64,000 bases of DNA from Flavobacteriaceae bacterium (GCA_947457105.1 CANGUP010000001.1:3878-67877); one strand, 5' to 3'; shown: positions 10,397-21,384, counted from the stretch's first letter. The notes: generated by a model from the letters alone, not told the origin. Numbers and translations: made by a program.

Positions 10397-10530
10397 TTAT
10401 TTGATTCAAATTTTGAGTGGTAAAAATACAATTTTTTATGGTTTATAAAAGTGTTATTTGTTAACAATCTTGTAAAATTTAGTTTTCAGTGTTCAGTACT
10501 AAATTGTTAGACAATAATTCTTTTTCAAAT

Positions 10531-10566
10531 AAAAAAGTCAGAAAGAAAATTCTAACTGACTTTTTT
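10531..10566 (-). terminator. hairpin terminator downstream of the SDR gene
   Basis: AGTCAG (10536-10541) pairs with CTGACT (10556-10561), extended by A5/T5 runs. A T-run follows on the minus strand. Confidence 0.6.
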
Positions 10567-10578
10567 GAAAAGGTATTT

Positions 10579-10610
10579 TACTGACCATTGAATACTGACC
10601 ACTGAATACT
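10579..10610. repeat. 14-nt (2x7) tandem repeat TACTGACCAYTGAA x2.3 abutting the SDR stop
   Basis: TACTGACCATTGAA (10579-10592), TACTGACCACTGAA (10593-10606), then TACT. A related TTCAGTG/TTCAGTA pair lies at 10483-10500. Confidence 0.6.
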
Positions 10611-10611
10611 A

Positions 10612-11493
10612 TTACTTACTTCCTTTATTTTTAATCATTGCTTCAAGCATATCCCACATTTCTTGTGGAATTTTTTCTAAAATATTGAATTGTCCAGCGC
10701 CTTGCAACCATTCGCCACCATCAATAGTAACAACTTCGCCATTGATATAGGCAGAAAAATCGGAAACTAAATAAGCAGCTAGGTTTGCTAATTCTTGATG
10801 ATCACCAACTCTTCTTAATGGCACTTTTTTAGCCATGTCAAATTTTTCTGCTAAGTCACCTGGCAATAGTCTGTCCCAAGCACCTTTAGTAGGAAATGGT
10901 CCAGGAGCTATAGCATTCATGCGAATACCATATTTTGCCCATTCTACGGCTAAACTTCTGGTCATAGCTAAAACTCCAGCTTTTGCTGTAGCACTCGGAA
11001 CCACATAACCAGAACCTGTCCAGGCATAAGTTGTAACAATATTTAAAACATTGCAATTGGTTTGTTTTGTTTCAATCCAATGTTTTCCGAAAGCTAAAGT
11101 GCAGTTTTTCGAACCTTTCAAAACAATATCAATAATAGTATCAAAAGCATTTGCAGACAATCTTTCGGTAGGAGAGATGAAGTTTCCAGCTGCATTGTTT
11201 AGAAGAACATCTACTTTTCCAAAAGTTTTTAATACTTCTGCAAGCATAACTTCTACTTGGTCATAATGTCTTACATCACATTGAATAGGTAAACATTTAC
11301 CACCAGTTTCTTTTTCTAATTCTGATGCTGTAGTTTTTAATTTTTCCAAATCTCTTGAAGAAATTGCAACGTTAGCACCTAATTCTAGAAAATATTTTGT
11401 CATTGCTTTTCCCAAGCCACTTCCGCCACCGGTTACTACAATTGTTTTACCTTTTAGTGCATCGTCACGAAGCATTTTTGCTGAAAAATTCAT
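10612..11493 (-). CDS. SDR family oxidoreductase (2,4-dienoyl-CoA reductase-like)
   Basis: 293 aa. Rossmann motif VTGGGSGLGKA and an SDR core (NNAAGNF, SATAKAG). Confidence 0.85.
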   Translation of the reverse strand: MNFSAKMLRDDALKGKTIVVTGGGSGLGKAMTKYFLELGANVAISSRDLEKLKTTASELEKETGGKCLPIQCDVRHYDQVEVMLAEVLKTFGKVDVLLNNAAGNFISPTERLSANAFDTIIDIVLKGSKNCTLAFGKHWIETKQTNCNVLNIVTTYAWTGSGYVVPSATAKAGVLAMTRSLAVEWAKYGIRMNAIAPGPFPTKGAWDRLLPGDLAEKFDMAKKVPLRRVGDHQELANLAAYLVSDFSAYINGEVVTIDGGEWLQGAGQFNILEKIPQEMWDMLEAMIKNKGSK

Positions 11494-11550
11494 AGTTTAA
11501 TTTGTTTTGAACTGTAAATATAGAAAATAATTTATTATGCACGCATAATA

Positions 11551-12678
11551 TTATAATTTTAACAATCGATTAGTTGCTTCTATCAAAGTGTTATCTTCTT
11601 TGGCAAAACAAAAACGAATGCATTGTGTTTGCTTTCCATCAGCATAAAATGGAGAAAGTGGAATCGTAGCCACTCCAAATTCTGTAACCAAGCGCTTAGT
11701 AAAATCCAAATCTGTTTCATCAGAAATAGCAGCATAAGAAGCTATCTGAAAATAAGAACCCTCACATGGAAGTAGTTCAAATTTTGAATTTTGCATTAAG
11801 TTTCTAAATAAATCTCGCTTTTGTTGGTAAAAATTTCCAATTTCAGAAACTTGCACCAAATCCATATAATCATTGATAGCATATTGAGCAATACTATTTA
11901 CACTGAACACTAAAAACTGATGTACTTTTTTTATTTCTATCATTAAATGTTCAGGAGCAATTAAGTAGCCAATTTTCCAGCCTGTGATGTGAAATGATTT
12001 GCCAAATGAGGAAACGCTAATACTTTTATCTCTCAGTTTTTCTCTATGATGTAAAGAAATATGTTTGTTTTCAAAAGTGATGTATTCATAAACTTCATCG
12101 GAAAGAACTAAAACTTTTGGATACAATTCTAATAATTTTTCGAGTTGTACAAAGTCGTTTTCACTCCAAGTTTTTCCAGTAGGATTATGAGGATTATTAA
12201 TGATAATCATTTTTGTTTGACTATTCATCGTAGCTCCAATAAGTTCCCAATTTGGAGAGAAATCATTGTTTAAATTGATGCGTTTTGGAATAGCATTACA
12301 AAGTAAAATAGGCGTTTCATAGCAATCATAACTTGGGTCCAAAATGATAACTTCTTCATTTGGTTCAACTAATGCTTGTATGGTTGCAAATATACCTTCT
12401 GTAGCGCCTGCTGTAATCAAAATATCAGTTCTCGGATTCACTTTTCTACCATAAGAATTTTGGGTAAGTGTCGCGATTTTCTCAAGAAGTGGAGGAAAAC
12501 CAGCCATCGGTAAATATTGATGAATTTCTTTTTTTGACCATTGCGCTACTAAGTTTTTTAAACATTCATCGACAGGGAAATTCGGAAAGCCTTGTGATAA
12601 GTTAATAGCTTTATAATCTGTCGCCAGTTGCGACATGATGCTGAAAATACTAGTGGTAATATGAGGTAGTTTGGACAT
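11551..12678 (-). CDS. class I/II pyridoxal-phosphate aminotransferase (methionine aminotransferase-like)
   Basis: PLP-Lys motif SSFGKSFHITGWKIGY and NNPHNPTG. I prefer the ATG at 12678 (MSKLPHITT) over the TTG at 12687. Confidence 0.88.
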   Translation of the reverse strand: MSKLPHITTSIFSIMSQLATDYKAINLSQGFPNFPVDECLKNLVAQWSKKEIHQYLPMAGFPPLLEKIATLTQNSYGRKVNPRTDILITAGATEGIFATIQALVEPNEEVIILDPSYDCYETPILLCNAIPKRINLNNDFSPNWELIGATMNSQTKMIIINNPHNPTGKTWSENDFVQLEKLLELYPKVLVLSDEVYEYITFENKHISLHHREKLRDKSISVSSFGKSFHITGWKIGYLIAPEHLMIEIKKVHQFLVFSVNSIAQYAINDYMDLVQVSEIGNFYQQKRDLFRNLMQNSKFELLPCEGSYFQIASYAAISDETDLDFTKRLVTEFGVATIPLSPFYADGKQTQCIRFCFAKEDNTLIEATNRLLKL

Positions 12679-12797
12679 GCTGAACAATTATTTTATGCAT
12701 AAAAGTAAATAAATATATTTTCTATCCCAACCTTTTTATAAAATAACTACTCTATAACATTGTAACACGTTTTGAAAGAAAACAAATAAATATCTAC

Positions 12798-15700
12798 ATG
12801 AAAAATCTAATTCTAATCTCGCTTTTGTTTTTTGGAAGTTGGGTTCAATCTCAAAATCCTCAGTTGAATGTTAAAGGTAAAGATTCTTCGTTGGTGCGAT
12901 TGAGTCAGTTAAAAGTAAATGTAAAAGTTGTTGGAAATATTGCTTATACAACTACAGAGATGCACTTTTTTAATGGAACCAATCGTCAGATGGAAGCAGA
13001 GCTGTTGTTTCCTTTGCCAGAAGGCGTTTCAGTTTCGCGATATGCAATTGATATTAATGGTAAAATGCGTGAAGCTGTTCCGGTGAATAAGAATAAGGGA
13101 AAGCAGGTTTTTGAAGCTATAGAACACCGTCGTGTAGACCCAGGATTGTTGGAAAAAGTAGAAGGAAATAATTTTCGTACACGCATTTATCCTTTACCAC
13201 CAAATGGTAAACGCATTGTTATTATTGGCTATGAACAAGAATTAAGTAGTATAGATGCAACCCATTTAGGATATCAAATGTTAAGTAGTTATCCTTATGC
13301 ATTAGATGTTTTTGAATTGTCAGTAGCCGTTCTTGGAGCTTCTGCAACTCCAACTGTTACTAATGATGAGGGTGTTTTAGCTTTAGAAAATTTGAATCAA
13401 AGTTATCAAACTTCGTTGATCAAAAATAACTACAAACCCAAAGACAAACTCTTGATTTCTATTCCAATTCGTCAAGATATTCCAAGTGTTGTCGTGCAAT
13501 CTATTGATGGGCAGCATTATTTTTATGTAAATACGGTTTTAGATGGTGCCAATGTAAAAAAGAAAAATCCAAACTCAATCGGATTAATTTGGGACGTATC
13601 TTTAAGTTGTAGAAAACGCGATTTGATAAAAGAATTAGCTTTATTGGATGCTTATTTTAAAGAATTAAATACGCTAGAAGTTACACTTTATTTTTCAGGA
13701 TATACTTTTGATAAAAAAGCGACTTACCAAATTAAAAATGGTGATTGGAGTGAATTGAATGCAGCTTTAAAACAGGTAAAATACGATGGAGGAACACGTT
13801 TTTCTAAAATCAAATTACCGGTTCATGATGAGTATTTGTACTTCACCGATGGATTATCTTCATTGAGTTCTAATGTTTTACCATCAACTAAAAAACCTGT
13901 TTATACCATTACTTCATTGCCTTCTTCTGATTATGCTTTTTTGAATTATAATGCCATTAAAACCGGTGGTAATTTTATCAATTTGAATCAATTAAAAGTA
14001 GAAGATGCTTTAAACAAATTGGTTTATCAAACTTTGAAATTTTTGGGAGTAAAAGAAAATTTTATGGTAACCGATTTATATCCTATGGTCGGAACACCAG
14101 TTTCAGGAAGTTTTAGCGTAGCCGGAATTTCGTTAAAAGAACAAAATCAAGTTATTTTATTGTTTGGTTATGGAGATATCCCAAACATAGAAAAAACTAT
14201 TGAAATTAATGCTTCAACAAAAGCTTCAACAGATGTTAGTATAGAAAAATTATGGGCTCAGAAGAAAATTGCCAACTTAGAAATCCAATACAAACAAAAT
14301 GCTGAAGAAATTGAAACTTTAGGAAAGAAATATGGAATTGTAACGAATAACACATCCCTAATTGTTTTAGAAAATTTATCCGATTATATCCAATATGATA
14401 TTGTTCCACCTGCTGAATTACGTCCTGAATTTGATAGAATGATGAAACAGCAAATCGCCAATGCAGAGGCAAAAAAATACAACAATTGGCAAAATGTTGC
14501 TCAATATTACGAAGCATTAAAATTGTGGTGGGATAATAACACCAAGTATTCTAAACCAAAACCGGTAAAAATACCTAAGCCAAAACGTGTTGCTGCAACC
14601 CCTCCAAGAAATGTAAGTTTTAATGGGATAAATCCAAGTTTTGTTAGAGGTTTAGTTTACGATAACCAAGGGCCATTACCTGGTGCAATTGTTATGGTCA
14701 GAGGTACAACAAGAGGCGTAAGTGCTGATATTGATGGAAAATATTCTATAGATGCTAAAGCTGGAGATATGCTAGAATTCCAATTTATTGGTATGCAAAA
14801 TATGACTATCACTGTTGGGAATACTAAACGAATTGATGTAACATTGAGAGAATCTAGTAGAGTTCTAGATGAAGTTGTTGTGCAAGGATATAGGGTAATG
14901 AGAGATTCAAGTCAAGATGATGAAGATGATGAAAAAGAAAATGTAAGAGAAAAAAGAAGTATAACTAGCGCTTACAATGTAGTCAAATCTGAAGAAATAT
15001 CGGTGGCTTCTAATCCAAATGCTGTAAGAACATTATCAGGTCAAGTATCTGGATTAAATGTTCAAACAAATACAGCTTGGTCAAACGATTCAGATGCTAA
15101 TGTAACATATCAAAATGGTTTTGTGAACAATGATAGGACTAAAATAAGTAAATGGAATCCTGATAGAATTTATCTTAAAGCTTTGGCCAATGCTCCAGCA
15201 GATAAAAAATATGGTTTGTATTTGGAATTGCGTGAAGGTCAAGAAACCAATCCGAGTTTTTATTTTGATGTAGCTAATCATTTTTATGATTCTGGAGATA
15301 AAGCAACGGCATTATTGATTGTCAGCTCCATTGCAGATTTAGGATTAGAAAATCATCAATTGTATAAATCCTTAACTTATGTATTGCGTCAATGGGAAGC
15401 TTATGAAGATGCTTTGCATACAGCTAAACAAGTTGCAATATGGCGAGAACAAGAACCACAAGCACATCGTGATTTGGCTTTGACTTTAGAAGATAATGGT
15501 CAGTTTCAAGCGGCTTTTGATGAATTGATAAAAGGATTAGAAGTCAATTATTATGGTGAAATGAGCGGACAATATGCAGGTGTTGAAGATATTATTTTAA
15601 TGGATTTAAATCGAGTGATGCAAGAACACAAAAGCATTAAAACAGATAAATTAGAAAAAAAATATCTAGATAAAATGCCAGTAGAAATCAGAATAATTTT

Positions 15701-16046
15701 AAACTGGAATCAAATGGATACTGATATCGATTTGCATATTATTGAACCAACTGGTGAAGAATGTTATTATGGTCACAGAGATACACAAGCAGGTGCAAGA
15801 TTTTCTAAAGATTTTACACAAGGTTATGGACCAGAGCAATATTTATTACGCAATGCTGTAAAAGGAAAATACATTATTAAAACCAATTATTTTGGTGAAA
15901 GCGCTTTAACAGAAAATGGACCAGCTACTGTAATGGTTGAGGTTTACACTAGAAAAGGGAATGGTAGCATAGAAAGAAAACTGCAAACAATCCAATTAGG
16001 AAAAGTAAAAGAAAACCAAAATTTGGCAGAAATAACAATAGAATAG
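12798..16046 (+). CDS. secreted multidomain protein: VIT domain, vWA (MIDAS DxSxS), CarboxypepD_reg/SusC-N-terminal-like insert, helical region, C-terminal DUF2135
   Basis: 1082 aa, signal peptide. The VIT-like N-terminus is VKVVGNIAYTTTEMHFFN...FRTRIYPLPPNGKRIV. DVSLS lies at nt 13593-13607. The CarboxypepD_reg-like stretch is GLVYDNQGPLPGAIVMVRGTTRGVSADIDGKYSI. The C-terminus (LNWNQMDTDIDLHIIEPTGEECYY) is DUF2135-like. Confidence 0.8.
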   Translation: MKNLILISLLFFGSWVQSQNPQLNVKGKDSSLVRLSQLKVNVKVVGNIAYTTTEMHFFNGTNRQMEAELLFPLPEGVSVSRYAIDINGKMREAVPVNKNKGKQVFEAIEHRRVDPGLLEKVEGNNFRTRIYPLPPNGKRIVIIGYEQELSSIDATHLGYQMLSSYPYALDVFELSVAVLGASATPTVTNDEGVLALENLNQSYQTSLIKNNYKPKDKLLISIPIRQDIPSVVVQSIDGQHYFYVNTVLDGANVKKKNPNSIGLIWDVSLSCRKRDLIKELALLDAYFKELNTLEVTLYFSGYTFDKKATYQIKNGDWSELNAALKQVKYDGGTRFSKIKLPVHDEYLYFTDGLSSLSSNVLPSTKKPVYTITSLPSSDYAFLNYNAIKTGGNFINLNQLKVEDALNKLVYQTLKFLGVKENFMVTDLYPMVGTPVSGSFSVAGISLKEQNQVILLFGYGDIPNIEKTIEINASTKASTDVSIEKLWAQKKIANLEIQYKQNAEEIETLGKKYGIVTNNTSLIVLENLSDYIQYDIVPPAELRPEFDRMMKQQIANAEAKKYNNWQNVAQYYEALKLWWDNNTKYSKPKPVKIPKPKRVAATPPRNVSFNGINPSFVRGLVYDNQGPLPGAIVMVRGTTRGVSADIDGKYSIDAKAGDMLEFQFIGMQNMTITVGNTKRIDVTLRESSRVLDEVVVQGYRVMRDSSQDDEDDEKENVREKRSITSAYNVVKSEEISVASNPNAVRTLSGQVSGLNVQTNTAWSNDSDANVTYQNGFVNNDRTKISKWNPDRIYLKALANAPADKKYGLYLELREGQETNPSFYFDVANHFYDSGDKATALLIVSSIADLGLENHQLYKSLTYVLRQWEAYEDALHTAKQVAIWREQEPQAHRDLALTLEDNGQFQAAFDELIKGLEVNYYGEMSGQYAGVEDIILMDLNRVMQEHKSIKTDKLEKKYLDKMPVEIRIILNWNQMDTDIDLHIIEPTGEECYYGHRDTQAGARFSKDFTQGYGPEQYLLRNAVKGKYIIKTNYFGESALTENGPATVMVEVYTRKGNGSIERKLQTIQLGKVKENQNLAEITIE

Positions 16047-16071
16047 TTTAGTAAGTGGTTAATTAGGAAAG

Positions 16072-16103
16072 CAGCTTTGAATTAATTTCAAGGCTGTTTT
16101 TTT
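16072..16103 (+). terminator. Rho-independent terminator after the VIT gene
   Basis: CAGCTTTGAA (16072-16081) pairs with TTCAAGGCTG (16087-16096), 10 bp with one G-T pair, 5-nt loop, then T7. Confidence 0.7.
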
Positions 16104-17157
16104 ATTTCATTAATTCAAATTTTATTAATTCCTCTTTTGGACACATTAAAATGTTGGGATTTATTTTTGGATGATTGACAAAAAATTGCAATTCATCTGT
16201 GTTAGATTTTTTAGTAAATTTTATAAAATATTGATTTTCAGTATAATTGAAGTGGTATATATTGTCGTATTTGGTGTCTTTAAAATACGTTTTGTTTGGT
16301 GATTTCAAGTCATAGTTGTAATCATTTATTTTTAGAGTATAACCATCTCCAAGTTTAATATTATCTAAAAACCGATTAAAAAACTTTCCAGAACTAGCAC
16401 CAACCAAATCACTTAACGAGAAAGATTCAGGAAAAAAGATTGATTCAAATCCGTAGAAATCTACAAACTTTTGATGCACACTTTTTTTAAACTCAATAGC
16501 ATATTCCGTTGTTTTTTCTATTTCATTAGTTTCAATTTTAAACGATTTGGTTCCGTCAAAGTTATAGCAGCTTAAAGATTTATCATTGTTCAAAATCAGG
16601 ATTCCTACATTTTGTTCAAAATTGTCAACCGGACATTTGGTAATTTCAAAATTTTTATATGGAAATTTCCCATTGATAGCAAGACTTAGAGTTTTATCAT
16701 TTTTAAAAAATAATTGTTTTTCATCATTGGTGTAAGCAAAAATCAAATCATAACTTTTTTTAGATTTAAAATCATAAAAAGTTCTGTTGTAAATGAATTT
16801 GTATTTCAATTTTAAAGGAATTTTTTCCTTAGTGTAAGGATTTATTAAAGTGTTGCCTTTTGAATTAAAAACAAAAAGTTCATTACTAATTACTACAAAA
16901 GAATTTTCTTCAGAATAAGGAATGTTTACATATTTTCCATTGAACAAATCATAGCAATGAATTTTATCATATATAACAAAGGAAAACTCATTTATAATTT
17001 CTACTTCTTTGTATTTTGGTTCAACAATTTGCTCTTGTTTGTCATTAACTAAGCCATATAAATTATTTGAAAAATAAGGCAAAAATTTAGAATAATCTTG
17101 AGCTTTAACTGATAATGAAATCAAAAAAATAAATAGGAATAGGAACTTTCTTTTCAT
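16102..17157 (-). CDS. hypothetical secreted protein (possibly WG-repeat-like)
   Basis: The start is reassigned to MKRKFLFLFIFLISLSVKAQ (signal peptide). The longer track ORF overlaps the mutB 3' end. YGLVNDKQEQIVEPKYKEV resembles a WG repeat. Confidence 0.6.
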   Translation of the reverse strand: MKRKFLFLFIFLISLSVKAQDYSKFLPYFSNNLYGLVNDKQEQIVEPKYKEVEIINEFSFVIYDKIHCYDLFNGKYVNIPYSEENSFVVISNELFVFNSKGNTLINPYTKEKIPLKLKYKFIYNRTFYDFKSKKSYDLIFAYTNDEKQLFFKNDKTLSLAINGKFPYKNFEITKCPVDNFEQNVGILILNNDKSLSCYNFDGTKSFKIETNEIEKTTEYAIEFKKSVHQKFVDFYGFESIFFPESFSLSDLVGASSGKFFNRFLDNIKLGDGYTLKINDYNYDLKSPNKTYFKDTKYDNIYHFNYTENQYFIKFTKKSNTDELQFFVNHPKINPNILMCPKEELIKFELMK

Positions 17158-17194
17158 TAAATACGATAATATTTTATAAATAAATTTAATTATT

Positions 17195-19351
17195 CTAATC
17201 CTCCAAAAGCACCTCCAAAATACTAATCGCAGCTTCACTAATTTTAGTTCCAGGACCAAAAACGGCAACCGCTCCAGCATCAAAAAGGAATTGGTAATCT
17301 TGCGCAGGAATTACGCCTCCAACAATGACCATAATATCTTCGCGTCCATATTTTTTTAGTTCTTCAATAACTTGTGGCACTAACGTTTTGTGTCCAGCAG
17401 CCAATGAAGAAACACCAAGAATGTGAACGTCGTTTTCTACGGCTTGCTTCGCAGCTTCTTGTGGCGTTTGAAATAATGGTCCAATATCCACGTCAAAACC
17501 TACGTCGGCATAACCTGTGGCAACTACTTTTGCACCACGATCGTGTCCGTCTTGTCCCATTTTGGCAATCATAATTCTAGGACGACGACCTTCTTTTTTG
17601 GCGAAGGCATCGGCTAGTTGTTTTGCTTTTTCAAAACTTTCGTCGTTTTTTATTTCTTTACTATACACGCCGCTAAAACTTCTAATTTGTGCTTTATATC
17701 TTCCAAAAACAGCTTCCAAAGCATCACTAATTTCACCTAATGTGGCTCTATTTCTTGCTGCTTCTACTGCCAAAGATAATAAATTGTTATTCTGATGACT
17801 ATCAGAATCTGTTGTATTTTCCGTTGAAGTCTTTGCAGCAGCAGTTAATTTTGCTAAACATTCGGCAACTTTAGTATTGTCGCGAGTGGCTTTTATTTGT
17901 GTCAAACGTTCAATTTGTTGCTTGCGCACCATATCGTTATCGACATCTAAAATCTGTAATGGATCTTCTTTTTCTAATCTAAATTTATTTACACCAACAA
18001 TAATATCTTGACTGCTGTCAATTCTTGCTTGTTTTCTTGCCGCAGCTTCTTCAATACGCAATTTCGGAATTCCAGCTTCGATGGCTTTCGTCATTCCGCC
18101 TAATTCTTCTACTTCTTCAATAAGTTTCCAAGCGTTTTGTGCAATTTCGTTGGTCAAACTTTCTACATAATAACTTCCAGCCCAAGGATCGACTGTTTTG
18201 CAAATTTTGGTTTCTTCTTGTAAAAAGATTTGGGTATTTCTAGCAATTCTAGCAGAGAAATCGGTTGGTAAAGCAATCGCTTCGTCTAATGCATTAGTGT
18301 GTAATGATTGAGTTCCTCCAAATGCTGCAGCAGCTGCTTCAATTGCTGTTCGAGCCACATTATTAAACGGATCTTGCTCGGTTAAACTCCAACCCGAAGT
18401 TTGACAATGCGTTCTTAAAGCCAATGATTTTTCGTCTTTTGGACTGAATTGTTTTAGCAATTTTGCCCACAACATTCTTCCAGCACGCATTTTGGCGATT
18501 TCCATAAAATGGTTCATTCCAATCGCCCAAAAGAAAGATAGGCGAGGAGCGAACTCATCGATTTTCATTCCGGTTGCTAAACCTGTTCTAATGTATTCTA
18601 AACCGTCGGCTAAAGTGTATGCCAATTCAATATCGGCAGTTGCTCCAGCTTCTTGCATGTGGTAACCCGAAATAGAAATCGAGTTGAATTTTGGCATTTT
18701 CTTGCTGGTATATTCAAAAATATCAGCAATGATTTTCATCGAAGGTGTTGGTGGATAGATGTAAGTATTTCTAACCATAAATTCCTTCAAAATATCATTT
18801 TGTATCGTTCCCGAAAGTAATTCAGGAGCAACACCTTGTTCTTCTGCAGCAACAATGTAAAAAGCCATAATTGGTAAAACAGCACCATTCATAGTCATAG
18901 AAACCGACATTTCACCCAATGGAATTTGGTCGAAAAGAATTTTCATATCTTCCACAGAATCAATGGCAACTCCAGCTTTTCCAACGTCTCCAAAAACACG
19001 TTCATGGTCAGAATCGTAACCTCTGTGTGTAGCTAAATCGAAAGCTACCGAAAGTCCTTTTTGTCCTGCTGCAAGATTTCTTCTGTAGAAAGCATTACTT
19101 TCTTCAGCAGTAGAAAATCCTGCATATTGACGAATGGTCCAAGGACGACGAACGTACATGGTAGCATAAGGTCCACGAAGATTGGGTGCAAATCCTGCTC
19201 CAAAACCAATGTGTTCCAAATTTTCAATATCTTCTTTAGAATAAGTTGGTTTTACTTCAATATTTTCTGCAGTGTGAAAAGTTGAAGTATTGTTATTTGG
19301 AGTTTCCTTTTGGGAATTTTCCAAAGTTATGTGTTGTATATTTTTTCTCAT
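17195..19351 (-). CDS. mutB: methylmalonyl-CoA mutase, large (catalytic, B12-binding) subunit
   Basis: 718 aa. Highly conserved MCM core ([28 protein letters not shown]) and C-terminal B12 motif [12 protein letters not shown]. Confidence 0.95.
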   Translation of the reverse strand: MRKNIQHITLENSQKETPNNNTSTFHTAENIEVKPTYSKEDIENLEHIGFGAGFAPNLRGPYATMYVRRPWTIRQYAGFSTAEESNAFYRRNLAAGQKGLSVAFDLATHRGYDSDHERVFGDVGKAGVAIDSVEDMKILFDQIPLGEMSVSMTMNGAVLPIMAFYIVAAEEQGVAPELLSGTIQNDILKEFMVRNTYIYPPTPSMKIIADIFEYTSKKMPKFNSISISGYHMQEAGATADIELAYTLADGLEYIRTGLATGMKIDEFAPRLSFFWAIGMNHFMEIAKMRAGRMLWAKLLKQFSPKDEKSLALRTHCQTSGWSLTEQDPFNNVARTAIEAAAAAFGGTQSLHTNALDEAIALPTDFSARIARNTQIFLQEETKICKTVDPWAGSYYVESLTNEIAQNAWKLIEEVEELGGMTKAIEAGIPKLRIEEAAARKQARIDSSQDIIVGVNKFRLEKEDPLQILDVDNDMVRKQQIERLTQIKATRDNTKVAECLAKLTAAAKTSTENTTDSDSHQNNNLLSLAVEAARNRATLGEISDALEAVFGRYKAQIRSFSGVYSKEIKNDESFEKAKQLADAFAKKEGRRPRIMIAKMGQDGHDRGAKVVATGYADVGFDVDIGPLFQTPQEAAKQAVENDVHILGVSSLAAGHKTLVPQVIEELKKYGREDIMVIVGGVIPAQDYQFLFDAGAVAVFGPGTKISEAAISILEVLLED

Positions 19352-19353
19352 GG

Positions 19354-20766
19354 TTATGATTCTTGAGATAAACGCTCTTGCTCTAATTTCTCTGCCAATC
19401 TTTTTTCTATGATAGGAGTGATTAGGGTTTTACGCGGATTTTGTTTTACAAAAGGATACAATTCCAAATCATTTTTCATGCTGTCGTTTTTGTTTGGATA
19501 TTTGTTAGTTCCTAATAATATTTCTTTACCATTGTCGAATAATTCTTGCTCTTTATTGGCACTTTCGCTGATTTTTCGTTGAATAGTTCCTTCGATTAAT
19601 TGGGTGATTAAACCACCATTTTTTTCAATGTCTTTGAATAATTCTAATGCTTTTTCTGCTAATTGTTGCGTTAGATTTTCAATATAATAAGCTCCATCGG
19701 CAGGATTATTTACTTTATCAAAATAACTTTCGTGTTTTAAAACCAAAAGTTGGTTTCTAGAAATTCTATCACCAAATTCGTTGTCTTTATGATACAAAGC
19801 ATCGTAAGGCAAATTGGCTACAACATTAGCACCACCAAGAATTGCCGACATACATTCGGTTGTAGTTCGTAGCATGTTTACATTGTAATCGTAGATGGTT
19901 TTGTTTCTGCGAGTTGGTGTTACTATGATGTTACAATCAAAATTATGATGGTATTCTTTAGCTAAAGTGTTAAATAAAAGTCGTAAAGCTCTAAGTTTAG
20001 CAATTTCGAAAAAGTAGTTGGTTCCAACTGCGACTTCAATAGTTATAGGATGTTTTATTGCCGGAATTCTATTGAAATATTCATTAGCATGAGCCAAAGT
20101 GTAAGCTAATTGTTGTACCATATTCGCTCCCGCATTTTGGTAAATTCCCGAACTTATATTTAGGTAATTAACAGCTGATGAACTTGCAATAGTATTTAAT
20201 TTTTCAAAATCACTTTCTAGGTTTTCAAACCAATTTCCGTCTTTAGTAAGTTGACCAATTGGATCAATTTGCATAACGAATTTTGCATGATTTTTAGCAG
20301 CATATTCACTTACTTGAGTTGCGAAATATACCGATAGAAATGGTAAATAAAAATAATAAGTTGTTTTTTCTAAAGGAAGATTTTGCATCAAATCTGCAAT
20401 AGAAATAGTATCGTTTTCTATAGTAAAACGTATGCTTTCTGCTCCACGATTAAGTGTGTCTAATGCACGTTCGTTAGATTTTTTTACGTCGTGAACGAAG
20501 ATGTTTTGAAGGATTTCAAAAGCTTTTTCTGGAGAATTTATTGAAAATTTTGAATCTGTTTCTTCCACTTCATCATTGTGATAAAATGGTTTTACTTTGA
20601 TGCCTTCTGGGCTTTCCCAAACTAGTGTTTCGTTATAATCGGCGCCTTTGAGTTCGTATTGAATTTGCTGTTTCCATTGTTTGGAACTTACGCTTTCAAA
20701 ATCTGTAAAAAGTGGTTTATTTGTGCTCACAAGTATTTTGCTTTTTGATACTTCAAATTTAGTCAA
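19354..20766 (-). CDS. mutA: methylmalonyl-CoA mutase small subunit
   Basis: 470 aa, 2 nt upstream of mutB, with MCM-fold similarity. Start uncertain: TTG at 20766, with an alternative GTG about 12 codons downstream. Confidence 0.8.
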   Translation of the reverse strand: MTKFEVSKSKILVSTNKPLFTDFESVSSKQWKQQIQYELKGADYNETLVWESPEGIKVKPFYHNDEVEETDSKFSINSPEKAFEILQNIFVHDVKKSNERALDTLNRGAESIRFTIENDTISIADLMQNLPLEKTTYYFYLPFLSVYFATQVSEYAAKNHAKFVMQIDPIGQLTKDGNWFENLESDFEKLNTIASSSAVNYLNISSGIYQNAGANMVQQLAYTLAHANEYFNRIPAIKHPITIEVAVGTNYFFEIAKLRALRLLFNTLAKEYHHNFDCNIIVTPTRRNKTIYDYNVNMLRTTTECMSAILGGANVVANLPYDALYHKDNEFGDRISRNQLLVLKHESYFDKVNNPADGAYYIENLTQQLAEKALELFKDIEKNGGLITQLIEGTIQRKISESANKEQELFDNGKEILLGTNKYPNKNDSMKNDLELYPFVKQNPRKTLITPIIEKRLAEKLEQERLSQES

Positions 20767-20852
20767 AAATTATCTTTTTTTGAAGATTTAAATTTGATTT
20801 TTTGCAAAATAGGTATATACTTTGTGTTGAAGAAATTTTGCCTTAATAAAAA

Positions 20853-21013
20853 GCACTTCGACAAGCTCAGTGTGACAATTCGTTTCTAATTGGGTATTTT
20901 TAAAAGATAAATATCTTTGTAAATGTAAACTTTAGTTTAAAGTTTATAGTTTAGCTGTGATTGGAGCAGTTACCATGTAACGCGTAAAGCAGGAATTGCC
21001 ATAAAATAAATGC
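20853..21013. repeat. mosaic intergenic element, copy A
   Basis: GCACTTCGACAAGCTCAGTGTGACA lies at 20853-20877. AGTTTAN x3 heptamers lie at 20934-20954. The core GATTGGAG...GCGTAAAGCAGGAAT...ATAAATGCC (20959-21013) aligns with copies B and C. Confidence 0.6.
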
Positions 21014-21367
21014 CTACTGCTTCGCTCCTTGTAAACTGTCTTTAATTCTATCTTCTTCGATTTCAATGATGTATATGTCTTCGCTGTCTTTTTTCATGTA
21101 GTATTTCTCGCGCGCATATTTTTCGGTTTGACCAGGATTGTTTAAGTTTTTAATGCTTTGTTTGTCCTTAGCGATTTCTTCTTGGTAGTATCTTTTATTG
21201 TCTTCTAATTCGTTGATTTCTTTGTCTAAAACACGACTATCCATATAAGAATAGTTGTCAAGAAAAAGCATCCAAACGATGAAAAATAAGGAAACCAAAG
21301 TGTATTTGCTTCCTAAAAATTTAAGAAACGGAAAATCACTAATAAGGTTTTGAAACCAATTTTTCAT
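21014..21367 (-). CDS. septum formation initiator (FtsB/DivIC family)
   Basis: 117 aa. Single TM helix followed by a coiled coil (EINELEDNKRYYQEEIAKDKQSI...YAREKYYMKKDSEDIY). Confidence 0.8.
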   Translation of the reverse strand: MKNWFQNLISDFPFLKFLGSKYTLVSLFFIVWMLFLDNYSYMDSRVLDKEINELEDNKRYYQEEIAKDKQSIKNLNNPGQTEKYAREKYYMKKDSEDIYIIEIEEDRIKDSLQGAKQ

Positions 21368-21384
21368 TTATTTCAGATATAAAA

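Noticed and set aside
8726-10611. parS site (TGTTTCACGTGAAACA-like) in or near parAB, and DnaA boxes suggesting an origin.
   Set aside because: Reading this region by eye, I could not find a 16-mer close to the parS consensus or a cluster of TTATCCACA-like boxes. A pattern search of the whole window allowing 2-3 mismatches would be the proper check.
17158-17283. The N-terminal 42-codon extension of the 16102..17283 ORF ([10 protein letters not shown]...).
   Set aside because: The extension overlaps the 3' end of mutB. A clean signal peptide (MKRKFLFLFIFLISLSVKAQ) begins at the internal ATG at 17157.
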